Below are positions 12,595 to 23,085 of a stretch of 39,126 nt of DNA, one piece after another. The translations under genes were made by a program, and so were the position numbers. The stretch spans positions 55,131,947-55,171,072 of the forward strand of contig NC_068994.1 in NCBI RefSeq assembly GCF_001194135.2. The letters are read 5' to 3'. Position 1 is the first letter of the stretch; every line of letters begins with the position of its first letter. Below the pieces are notes generated by a model. It ran no database searches and was not told the DNA's origin. It was given only the letters and a program-made list of their open reading frames with translations. The DNA comes from Octopus bimaculoides. Taxonomy: Eukaryota.

Positions 12595-12595
<1 letters not shown>

Positions 12596-12665
<70 letters not shown>
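12596..12665 (+). repeat. (TG)n microsatellite, ~35 units
   Basis: Direct reading. Other long (TG)n/(CA)n runs lie at ~8433-8472, 15659-15705 and 36599-36634. Confidence 0.95.
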
Positions 12666-12670
<5 letters not shown>

Positions 12671-14559
12671 CTTCACCAGGGTGGTCAGATGACTAACGGG
12701 GAATCCAATACTGGCTGGTCAGTTTTGCTCTCTCTCTCCCCTCCTCTCATTCTATAGTAAGAGGCACAACAGAAACAAGACTTCAACAAGCATTTGTTCC
12801 TGTGGAACACAATATCTCTGGCACTGAATTGGTCTCTACTATGCAACTTTCAGAGACTGCCTTCTTGGAGAGGCCTTTCTTCAGGTGCTTTGATCTAATG
12901 ATTATACATAAATCATCCCCAGCTAGGGTCATTAAGAGAGGAAGGGAAGGGAGAGGGGGGGGAGGGAGAAAGCCACTATGTCTTACTATACTCAACATGC
13001 TAGAAATAGCAGCTTGATCTCCTTCATATCATACACTGGTATCTTAAAAAAAAAAGGGAGGAAACATTGGACAATGTAGTCCTATAATTCTAGATATTAC
13101 AAAAAGACGGAATAACTAAAGTCTACTCAACAAAGACTGCATTACAGATGACAATATACAAATCTCTACCAACACACACACACATACATGCATGCGTATG
13201 TGTGTGTGTGTGTACTCAAATGTGCCTCAATGCATACATATTCCAGGCTCTTTAATCACATGAGCAATCATAACGTCAATATTCCTTGTTGACATTATGA
13301 CTGGTTGCCATGCACTTTCAAGGACAGGGAAATAAAAACCATTCCTTATTTGGAAAGCAGATAAGGGTTAGAGATAGGAAGAGCCTCTAGCTATAAAATC
13401 CTGTCTCAGATAAAAAACCTGTCTGAACCCTTGTAAAGATGTGGGAAAATGAATGTTAAACACGAAAATATATATATATTTTGAGAGAAGTTTACATATT
13501 TGGTAGAACATGTATCATCATCATCTACATATGTTTTCCATGTTGGCATACCTTGTGGTATTTGGTTAGGTCCCTTTATGTCCAGATTTCATATCCCTCC
13601 CAGGTTGAGTGTCTTTTACCCAGAGGTCTGCCTGATCCAGGTTGATTTGGAGCTGAACATCACATACTTCTATAATATCATTGGCAGTGGGTTGGCAGAA
13701 TTGTTGGCGCAAACAAAATCCAGGTTTCTACATTCACATTTCAAATCCCACTGAGGTCAAGCATGCCTTTCATTCTTTCAGAGATAGAAAAAAAGGGAGA
13801 GAGAGAGAGAGAAAGTACCAGTCATATACTACGGGTCACTGTAATCAACTAACACCCTCCCCTCAAAATCATTAGCCTTGTGCCTAAATTAGAAATCATC
13901 ATTTGCTAGAAGAACTGTTAGCCAATCCTTATGATCTGAGTTCAAATTCTGCCTAAGTCAACTTTGCCTTTTATCCTTTTGGGGGTCAAAGTAATGAACT
14001 AGCCCTCTCCTCAAAAATGTCAGGGCCGCAGAGTGGGACAAAAATGGTATGACACCCTCCCTTCTTGACTCTCCCACCGCACACATGATTTTCTGGACCA
14101 CAGTGCAACTTCCTCCCCCCCTCACAGTAAACCAATACTATGTGGCTTAATGCAATCAATGTTAGCATGGCTGTTTGTAATGGCATCTTGAATGTGAACG
14201 CTGAACAAACATGCCCAAGCGCAGCAAGCAAGGGGAAAAAGCTGACAGAATGCTTCAGATCAGGGTTTTTGTTTATAGGTCTTACAATAACAACAACAAG
14301 TTCACCTGGGGGTCAGGAACAAAGTTATGATAAGTTACAGTATTTTATTGACAGAAGAGACTTACAGAGGCTGAAAAAGGGACAGTCTGTGATGTCTCTT
14401 AATGAGGCCAGGAAGACAAAAAAAATAAAGGAGGGGATCCCATTTTGTGCAAATATGAATAAAACTAATATAAAATAGAAGTATAAGCAGTTGTATACTG
14501 ATTGTGTGAGATGTAAGGGCATTCACTGTACATCGGATTGGGGTAGGGATGGGGCTATT

Positions 14560-14910
14560 GAGAAGGGGAGGACAAAGGAAAAGGAAGGCATAAATGAGAG
14601 AGGGAGGGAGAGCAAGACAGAGAGAAAGACATGAAGAGATAAAAGAGAAAGAGAGAGGGAGATGGGTCGGCAGAGGGGATGGGAGAGGCAGAAGGAGAGA
14701 GGGGTAGATAGAGAGAGGGGGTGATAGAGAGAGAGAGGCCGAGAGGGAATGATAGAGAGAGAGAGAGGCAGAGAGGGGAAGATAGAAAGAGAGGCAGACA
14801 AGGGCAGATAGAGAGGGACAAATAGAAAGGCAGAGAGAGAGAGAGAGAAAGAGAGAAAGCAAAAAAGAGGGAGATAAAAAGAAAAGGAACAAAGACAAAT
14901 GAGGCAGGGA
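14560..14910 (+). repeat. Polypurine (GA-rich) low-complexity tract
   Basis: Almost entirely A/G on the plus strand; explains the S/L-rich ORFs at 14362-15003. Confidence 0.85.
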
Positions 14911-15347
14911 GTGTGTAGTGGGGGGGAGATACATGTTAGGGATGACTGAACTATTGAATGTTATAGATTGGTCATCTTGATTAGGGAATTGTAGCAAACT
15001 CAATCATAAAACATAAATCACAGGAACATGGTGGTGCTTTTTTTTTTTCCTTTTTTTTGGTCCCCTTGTCTTTTGTTTTGTTTTGTATTCCACCCAACAC
15101 CTCCCACCCCCCAGCCACCATGTTCTCCAGCTGTAAATTCTTGCCAACACAAAAACCACTTAACCGTGAAGTGCAAATGGTGTAGCTAATTTTTAACTAG
15201 ATAGACTCAAAGCTCTGCTTGTGTGCGCATAAATAATGCAATGACTGTGACATCGAGTCGAACATCCAACTTGCAGAATGCCTTTACGAGGATGGGCAGA
15301 GGAAGATACATACACACACATTATATATATGCATATATGTGTGTGTG

Positions 15348-15391
<44 letters not shown>

Positions 15392-15655
15392 TAGATGAGA
15401 CACTGCCCAACAGAGTTCATCATATTAGGCATGTAAAAATTGAAAAAGAAAAAACTCTGCATCTAACACAGAGATGGACTAAGCAAAGCATGGAGAAATG
15501 AGGAAGTCTTGGGGTAAGGGATGAAGTCTCTCGGATATTGGTGGAGGAGATGGAAATAAGCTGAGGTGTGATGATGTCCATGACATTCTCGAGGGAATTC
15601 GAGATAAAAGTGAATTGAATTATAGATGAGTGTATGATATAGATGCAGGCACGGC

Positions 15656-15699
<44 letters not shown>

Positions 15700-15707
<8 letters not shown>

Positions 15708-16100
15708 CTTAAGCAGTTCATTTTGAAACTGCATGTTTTCCAGTCAGTCCCAGTTTACAGCACTTCAAGTTTGCAATTGAACCATACGGTTCCGGGTTCA
15801 GTTCCACTGTGTGCCACTTTGGGTAAGTGTCTCCAACTATAACCCCTGACCAAAGCCGTATGAATGGATTTGGTAGATGGAAACTAAAAGAAGCCCATTG
15901 TGTCTGTGCCTCCACCACCACTACCATTTTGACAACCAGTGTTGGTGTGCTTACACCCTGTAACTTAGCAGTTCAGAAAAAGAGAGACTGATAGAATAAG
16001 CAACAGGATTAAAAAAAGGGGGGAGGCGAGTCATTTGACCAAAATTCTTCAAGGCAGTGCCCCAGCATGGCCGCAGTCAAATGACTGAAACAAGTAATAG
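15700..16100 (+). mobile_element. SINE family A, near full-length, decayed
   Basis: Both halves match the 30905-31275 copy, with many TpG/CpA substitutions. Confidence 0.8.
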
Positions 16101-16164
16101 CTATATAACCACACACATACATCTACATACATACATACACATTGACATTTGATGGATATTTGTC

Positions 16165-16210
16165 CTCACAACACTTCGGCTGATATACCCTCCAGCCTTC
16201 ATCAGGTGTC
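16165..16210 (-). ncRNA. Degenerate second hammerhead motif on the opposite strand
   Basis: Reverse complement reads GACAC-CUGAUGA-A-GGCUG...CAGCC-GAAG-UGUU-GUGAG. The core box and stem II are intact, A15.1 is changed to G, and stem I is partly broken. Confidence 0.5.
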
Positions 16211-16445
16211 TTGGGGAAATTTTGAACCTGGGTTGTCATTCCTAAGGTATTTTTCAATGTTATTATTATTATTATTATTATTCAGGTCACTGTCTGGAAT
16301 CGAACTCAGAATCTTGGGGTTAGTAGCTCACACTCTTAACCCCAAGATTCCGAGTTCGATTCCAGGCAGTGACCTGAATAATAATAATAACAACAACATT
16401 AAAAAATACCTTAGGAATGACAACCCAGGTTCGAAATTTCTCCAA

Positions 16446-16491
16446 GACACCTGATGAAGGCTGGAGGGTATATCAGCCGAAATATTGTGTT
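16446..16491 (+). ncRNA. Minimal type I hammerhead ribozyme motif (Penelope-like/retrozyme type)
   Basis: GACAC-CUGAUGA-A-GGCUG(GAGGGUAUAU)CAGCC-GAA-AUAU-U-GUGUU. Stem I is GACAC/GUGUU, the core boxes CUGAUGA and GAAA are present, stem II is 5 bp, and stem III is a loopless palindromic AUAU followed by a UU site. Confidence 0.65.
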
Positions 16492-16970
16492 AACAACAAA
16501 GATGAGGACAAATATCTATCAAATGTAAATAATTCCTCATCTCTTAAATACAGAACTGTATTACATACATACATATACACAGTGTACGGAAGGTCATAAA
16601 GAAATTCTGTGAAGTGTTAATTTATCAATGTAGCCACTCTTCTCAACTTTGGCACGAATGCAGAACTATATAGCGACCAAGATTTACACATCAAACCATA
16701 GAACAATCTATCTAGTGTTAGGTGCAGAAATTAAATCACAGGAAATATGATTTTTGCATGTTTTGAACTGAAAATTTCATATAAATGTTAGCAGACGTAA
16801 TTATGAAAACACAGACGAGCCTTCAGGGAAACTGCACCAGTTGACACTTTGATGTACCAAGCTTACAAAACAACACAGAGAGAGATCTTGGGAAGCTACT
16901 TGTTAGACTTGTTATTAAGTAAAGAGGCTGCAGTTTTTCTGTTCATCATGTGTGTGTGTGTGTGTGTGTT

Positions 16971-17021
<51 letters not shown>

Positions 17022-17029
17022 AATCGTAG

Positions 17030-17200
17030 AAATGGGCATGGCTGTGTGGTTAAGAAGCTACCATCTCAACCATCTGGTCTGGGGTTCAATCCCACTGTCC
17101 AGCTCCTTGGGCATGTGTCACGTATCTTGTAAGATAGCTCTGGGTTGACCAAAGCCTTATGAGTGGACTTGGTAGAGGCTGAGACTGAAAGAAAGCAGCT
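17030..17200 (+). mobile_element. SINE family A 5' half
   Basis: GGCTGTGTGGTTAAGAAGCT...GGGTTCAATCCCACTG...CTTGGGCA...GACCAAAGCCTTATGAGTGGACTTGGTAGA. A further copy lies at ~17595-17730. Confidence 0.75.
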
Positions 17201-18483
17201 GTGTGTGTGTGTAGATGTATGAATGTGTGTGTATAATGAACAATTTAGTCAAATAAATGTGTTGTTATTAAGCTGGTGTTTGGAGCATAGATTAACAATA
17301 AATCTTGATGGAAGATTTTAATTCATGTTACCTTAAAACAGGAAGTTTGTATCAAAAAACTGGGGGTCAGTCTTAGGCAGGATGGCATCAAAAGGGTTGA
17401 AGACAAAACATTAAACATCTCTAACTATTTGAGTGAAAACCAGGGAAATATAAGGAGAAAGGAAACAAAAAAAAGTCTTTGTAGCCCAAGATAATGGTTT
17501 AAAACAAATTCCAAGTTTTTTTTTTCTTTTAAATTTGCCAAACTTGGCTACCAACTATCTTTTTGTTTAAACAAGATATATGAGTAGGTATAGAGATGGC
17601 GCTGCAGTTTAAAAGTCTGCTTCCCAACCACATGGTCTTCGGTTCAGCCCTAGTGCTTGACTTCTACAATAGACCAGTGGCAGACCAAAGCTTTGTGAGT
17701 GGATTTGATGGACGGAAACTAAAAGAATCCCTTGGTGTGCAGACATGCACATGTATATATACATTATATCATCATCATCGATTAATGTCCATCTTTTACA
17801 TAGTTCAACCGAGACAAGTTAATGTGTGGAAAACAAAACAGGAATTTTGAAAGAAGTTTCTATAAAACTAGTTTTTAAACATCAGATAGCTACAGGGAGT
17901 CCACCGGAATAAAGTAAAAGTCAAAGGAGTCCACAGATGAAAAATGGTTGAGAACCCCTGCTCTAAACCATTTTGGAAGGGAAAGTTGACCAAATGAGAG
18001 CCGAACTCTACATAAAAATTTGTAACGATCTCAAGATATTTTGTCTGATGCCCCACCGATTTTGTTAATCAACTGACCTAACAATAAGAACAATAGAAAT
18101 AATTTTATAATTAGCCACAAAGCAAAGTGCAAAACACAGTCAGCCATTTTGCTTACAGCCAACATAGGACAATACTCGCAGCGAAATTATGATTCGTCTG
18201 AAATACAGTAGCAAATACCAACTTCATCGTTATCTATTCACTGAAAAAAATTTGTCATATCATACTTGACAGGACTATCAAAGACTATAGCGGAATAAAT
18301 AAAAATATAAATAAAAAAAAAATGTAGTTTTAGAACCAGAGACCTGCAAATGTAAGCCACAGCATACAAAGCATGAGAAAGGCAAAAAAAAAAAATCAAT
18401 AAAAAAACAAATGCATATGTGCAGGTCTCTAGTTAAAAATTGCTTATATACATATATAAAAGGAGATAACAGTGAATGTGTGG

Positions 18484-18519
<36 letters not shown>

Positions 18520-19414
18520 ACCAGTATAAGAAAGTATATTTAATCTTGGCAAACAGTTCTGAGGTATGACCTCTTTAGAGCAAACCTAAATATACTCGGT
18601 TAATGCAGAATTTCTAAATATACTTGGTTATGCAGAATTAATTTAATTACTGTACAGTAGTATATTCATTAATAATTGAATGTATGCGTTTGCATTCGTG
18701 CTCATGCCCCCAAAGACTGAGAGAGGGAGGGAGGAAGAGAGGAGGAGTAGAGAGAGAGAGAGAGTGAATGATGAAGGAAAAGAAGCTACAGAGACAGAAA
18801 GAGAGCCATAGAGAAAATACTGGAAGAGTTTCATTGGATGCGAAGCCACAGAAGTTATATTTCTTGTAAGACAACTAACTGCAACAGAAATACTAACTTA
18901 AGATTATACAAGGACTATTAAGAAGCAAACTGGAAAAACAAATGTAGCAAGGAAAAAAAACAAAAAAAAACAAAGACATTTACACTAAATATTGCTTTGA
19001 GTCTTTCAGAAAGTACAGGGAGACAACTTTGGATATGTTCTAATCTTATTGGACCTCTACAGCAAACCACAAATGTTACTGTACTTGCAGAAATAGTGAT
19101 GAGAAGATCACTCAGTGCAGAGGTGGCAAATTCATTTGGCTTTTAAAGCTGGAATTGAAGAATAAATTAGATTACATGGTTTGCAATGAAACATAAATTA
19201 GGCCTTGCTGGCTAGAATGGAGCAATAAATTAGATCTTGCAAGCCAGAGGATCATTTCCTCCTAATATTCCCTATTTTTGATGTTGGCCAAATTAAATGG
19301 ATAAAGGGGTCACTAAACATTATAACAACTCTATTAACATTACAGAAAGGAAAGAATATGATGAGTTAGCAAAGTTTGTGTGCAGAGATGTATGGAAAGA
19401 ACTTGTCAACATAG

Positions 19415-19453
<39 letters not shown>

Positions 19454-19504
19454 TTATATATATACACATACGATTCCCAAAGATACTGTCTTACAGTGAA
19501 CTAA

Positions 19505-19845
19505 TTGGTAGAAGGCAAGTGCATACATGGTGGACTGAAAAAGCAATTCAAAATCAACACCGACATCTGGCAAACGCAAGCACATGACCACCCTGCCTGG
19601 TGAATCTGCACCAACAGAAGTGCTACCTCCTACAAACAGAACAGAATTGCTGGGGTACAAGAAAATGCAAACTGTGCCAGTCCAGAGCTAATGCCATGCC
19701 TTCACTCCCAGCAGACCACCAGTGCCCAAACTGCAGCAGAGCCTTTCTGAGCAAGCACTGGACTGGTTGGCCAGACACACTGTGCCTTGTCTTCTTCCAT
19801 TTGATGTCCTTGGTCATTGTCAGCAACAACAGATGAACTAATAAT
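19505..19845 (+). mobile_element. RTE-clade (BovB/RTE-like) LINE 3' end, frameshifted
   Basis: Translates piecewise to INTDIWQTQAHDHPAW* ... SYKQNRIAGVQE ... SRANAMPSLPADHQCPNCSRAF, matching the RTE ORF C-terminus (IDTDTWE.LA.DR..WR ... CP.C.R.F zinc knuckle). It ends in a short GGTCATTGTCAGCAACAACAGATGAACTAATAATA tail. Confidence 0.75.
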
Positions 19846-20459
19846 AGACACACACACACACTTCTATTAAACAAGAATTCTTAGAATGAGAAGTGAGACA
19901 GAAACTCCTCTAATGAATGCATACAGTTCTTGAGAAACCCAACGCACGATTAAAAGCTGGCACCATTTCAGCTGCGAAACCTTTCAATGTTGTTCATGTC
20001 ACTGGAATACATTCAGATGGACATTGTGTAAATTGGGGAGGGCTCAGTGTTTATAGACAAAGTGGAAAAAGGTCAAATCTTTTAGCATATGGATTTATAA
20101 GCTTATTTGTCAAAGGTATACTATTCTGAATGACTGAAATCTATGTTAACCCTTTCAAATGCAATGCTTACTTATTTCCATTATTTTGAATTAATCGTGC
20201 ATTATCTTGTAGCTTTGAGATTTCAATGCTGTTACTGTCTAGATGGGAAGATAGGAGTGGAAATGATGCTTCAAGCATGGCTCTTTGTTGGAAAGTGGGA
20301 AAAGTCCAGCTACCAAATCCACTTATGAGGTTTTGGTCAATCTGGGGCTATTGCAGTACAAGATGAAAAGGAGGAAGGAAGAAATAGTTCGGAGAAAAGC
20401 AAATGTCAATGAGCGCCAGTTTTATATAAATGATGTTCATTTCCAATCTTTGGCCATGG

Positions 20460-22170
20460 GGAAATTATGCTGTTTGGAAACAGGTGAGGGTTGGTGACAG
20501 GAAGGACATCCAGCCACAGAAATATGCCGCAATGAATTCCATCTGATCCATGCAAAACATGAAAAAGTAGACATGAAAATAACGATGATGAAGTTTTACA
20601 GTGTTGTAAAAATCACTCAGTACACTCTGTTAAGTGGTTGGCTTTAGGAAGGGCATCCAGCCATAGAAACCATGCCACAACAGACAATTGGAGTCTGGAC
20701 AGCTCCTTGCTAGCCAACTCCATGTCAAACTGTCTGACCCATGCCAGCATGGAAAGCGGATGTTAAACAATGATATGGAATGAGAAAGCTTAATGTGGAC
20801 GAATGATTCATAAAAGATTATCTGGCTACATCGTCATCCACTCTCCATGCTGGCATGGGTTGGACAATTTGGCAGGAGCTGACCGACTGGGGAGCTGTCC
20901 AGACACCAATTGTCTTTTGTTGCATGGTGGCTGTGGCTGGATGCCCTCCCTAACGCCAACCACTTTACAGAGTGTACTGGGTGCTTTTTATAGGTCATGA
21001 AGGATTTAGAAAAAAAATGGCTCAAAATCCAAGCTCCCGGAAGTTAAGTATCAGACAAGGTCTTTTATTCAGCTGCCTTCTTTTAATCGTTGTTCTTCAG
21101 GTAATCTCACAGGATGTTCATGGAAGAGACTATAAGCAAATGAGTCAGAGAGACTGAAGAATCTGGTGCAGAACATCTTACGTTCCAGTTTGGAAAACAG
21201 TCACGGGTTGAAAGATCTGAAGGTAAAATTGAACAACTCTAGCATTTCAGGTGCCTTTAACTATAGGCCTGGGACAAAAGAAAGCCCTTAGGAGTGGATT
21301 TCATCATCGTCATTTAATGCTTGTTTTCCATGCTGGCATGGGTTGGATGGTTTAGCGGGAGCAGGCAAGGCTGGGACCTGCACCAGGCTCCATTGTTTGT
21401 TTTGGTATGGTTTCTACGTCTGGATGCCCTTCCCAATGCCAACCACTTTACAGAATGTGCTGGGCGATGTGGCGCCATCACCAGTGCTTTTTACATAGAT
21501 GAAAACTGAAAGAAGCCCATTGTGTGTGTGTAGGCTTTTATGTGTTTCAGTCATTTGACTACGGCCATGCTGGAGCACCACCTGCATATGTATGTGTATA
21601 TGTGTGTTTGTGTTTCTTTGACTTGACACCATGTGACAGTTGTAAACAAGTGACACTATCACACATGTTCAGCCATGTGGAAATATTAAGTTGCTTTGAA
21701 ACAGGTGAGGGTTGGTGACAGGTAAGGTATCTGACCAAAGAAAGTCTGTCGCAACAAATTCTGTCTGATCCATGGAACCACAGAAAAGTAGATGTTAAAA
21801 TGATGATGACAACTGAAGTATCAATTGGCAACAGGGACCCCTTAAAACTGAAGCAGAAAATTAAGGGCCTTATTCTGAGACGAAAGTAAAAGTTAGCAAC
21901 ACCTTGGTTTTGTGTAATAAATGCAGTACACCATCATCATAGTTTTAACAATCACTTTTCCATCCTTGCATGGATTGAGTGAAATTTGTTGAGGTGGACT
22001 TTTTATGGCCAGAGGCCTTTCCTGTCACCGACCCTTATGTGTTCCAAGCAAGGCAATATTTTCCCATGACCAGAAAATGTATTCACAGAATATTAGAAAT
22101 GAAGGACACTACTTGTCTGATGGTGATGGCCACTAACAATGATGCCATGTCAAGGGGCAAAGAGACAGGA
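20460..22170. mobile_element. Dense cluster of family C and related ATG-tailed elements in both orientations
   Basis: Recurring GGAAGGGCATCCAGC / GCTGGATGCCCTTCC, CCATGC(C/T)AGCATGGAAA and GAAACAGGTGAGGGTTGGTGACAGG blocks at ~20460-20590, 20620-20775, 20820-20990, 21300-21500, 21680-21810 and 21940-22170. Similar copies lie at ~9540-9650, 12110-12330 and 35820-36060. Confidence 0.7.
21020..21240 (+). mobile_element. Possible decayed RTE LINE fragment
   Basis: SRKLSIRQGLLFSCLLLIVVL resembles SRKLSIRTKIRLFNSCVLSVLLY, and WC-R-NILRSS-WKTVT (needs frameshifts) resembles WCYRRILRISWTDKVT. Confidence 0.35.
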
Positions 22171-22194
22171 ACATTAACACACACACACACAAGT

Positions 22195-22330
22195 TTCCTT
22201 TAGTTTCCATATACGCAAATCCACTCACAAGGCTTTTGTCAGCTTGGGGCTATAGAAGACACTTGCCCCATGCAGTGAGACTGAACCTGGATCCAGGTGG
22301 TTGGGAAACAAGCTTCTTACCACACAGCTA
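22195..22330 (-). mobile_element. SINE family A 5' half
   Basis: AAATCCACTCACAAGGCTTTTGTCAGC...GAAGACACTTGCCC...AAGCTTCTTACCACACAGC. Similar minus-strand copies lie at ~10085-10190 and ~12330-12440. Confidence 0.75.
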
Positions 22331-22539
22331 CACATAGGTCTAAATAGATATACAAACAATGTAGATGGATTTGCCACATGAGTGGAAGCCATTTACAACT
22401 TTATATATACAATTCCACATGCATCCATCATCACCAGACCTTCTTTTAGGGAAACGATCTTAGGGCTATTATGCCTGGTCCACCTCCCCTCTTTGGCTGC
22501 CTATCAATCAATCACTGAACATTTCTATCCATGCTTGTC

Positions 22540-22800
22540 AGATATTTAGCATTGCTAATGGTTACCCTTAGCGTCTCTCTGAGATCCTTTTTTGAATAAT
22601 TTTTCTGTACTTTCCATTGCTGTGGCTGGAGTTGTGCAAGCAGCTTGTATTGGCAATGCTGACCAAGCCATTTCACTTGCATGACCGGACCAGCACCACA
22701 GCTGTTCAGGAATTAATTCAGAAATGTCTGCTGGCAATAACGAAGCTGAATGTGATCATTCTCCAGGTGATTAATCTGTTGTGCTCCATTCCAAGAATTT
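22540..22800 (-). mobile_element. Probable decayed RTE LINE fragment (post-RT region)
   Basis: ILGMEHNRLIT...QLWCWSGHASEM...LPIQ resembles ILGIKWQD.ITN...QLRWAGHV.RM...LPKQ, with stops and frameshifts. Confidence 0.45.
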
Positions 22801-22875
22801 AATCAAGTACCACCACTACCACCATTATCCTCCTCCTCCTCCTCTTCATTATTATTATTATTACTATTATTATGC

Positions 22876-23085
22876 AGCGCGCTGGCAGAATTGTTAGCAC
22901 GCCAGGCGAAATGCTTAGCAGCATTTCCATTCAGCTTTATGTTTTGAGTTCAAATTCCACCAAGGTCGACTTTGCCTTTCATTCTTTCAGGGTCAATGAA
23001 ATAGGTACCAGCGGTGTACTGGGATCGATATAATTGACTTACCCACTACTGCAAAATTGCTGGCCTTGCGCCAACATTTGAAATC
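22876..23085 (+). mobile_element. SINE family B copy in sense orientation
   Basis: Head GCGCGCTGGCAGAATTGTTAGCACGCCAGGCGAAATGCTTAGC, B-box GAGTTCAAATTCC and body GGTCGACTTTGCCTTTCATTCTTTCAGGGTC, preceded by (TTA)n. Confidence 0.8.

Larger units (their letters stand above)
16141..16560. mobile_element. Two head-to-head copies of a tRNA-headed, hammerhead-tailed retroelement forming a fold-back
   Basis: 16175-16322 is the reverse complement of 16337-16481, with about 7 substitutions, one 3-nt (TAA) indel and a 14-nt loop. A Pol III B-box GTTCGATTCC lies at 16354-16363, with an equivalent in the left arm, followed by an internal (TAA)n and then the hammerhead. Confidence 0.8.

Noticed and set aside
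13552-13652. Minus-strand exon candidate (GTTCAG|...|GTATGC)
   Set aside because: It has stops in all three frames, and the 'donor' is the CATGC.AGCATGGAAA block of an (ATG)n-tailed retroposon end.
16280-16370. tRNA gene
   Set aside because: Only partial A/B-box segments are present, without a full cloverleaf; these are SINE heads. The same applies to the B-box-like motifs at ~26978, ~27165 and in families A and B.
21017-21157. MAQNPSSRKLSIRQGLLFSCLLLIVVLQVISQDVHGRDYKQMSQRD* as a neuropeptide precursor
   Set aside because: The hydrophobic stretch is better explained as a decayed RTE LINE motif. It stops early, has no dibasic or amidation pattern, and the apparent 21101/21113-21222 exon has stops in all frames.
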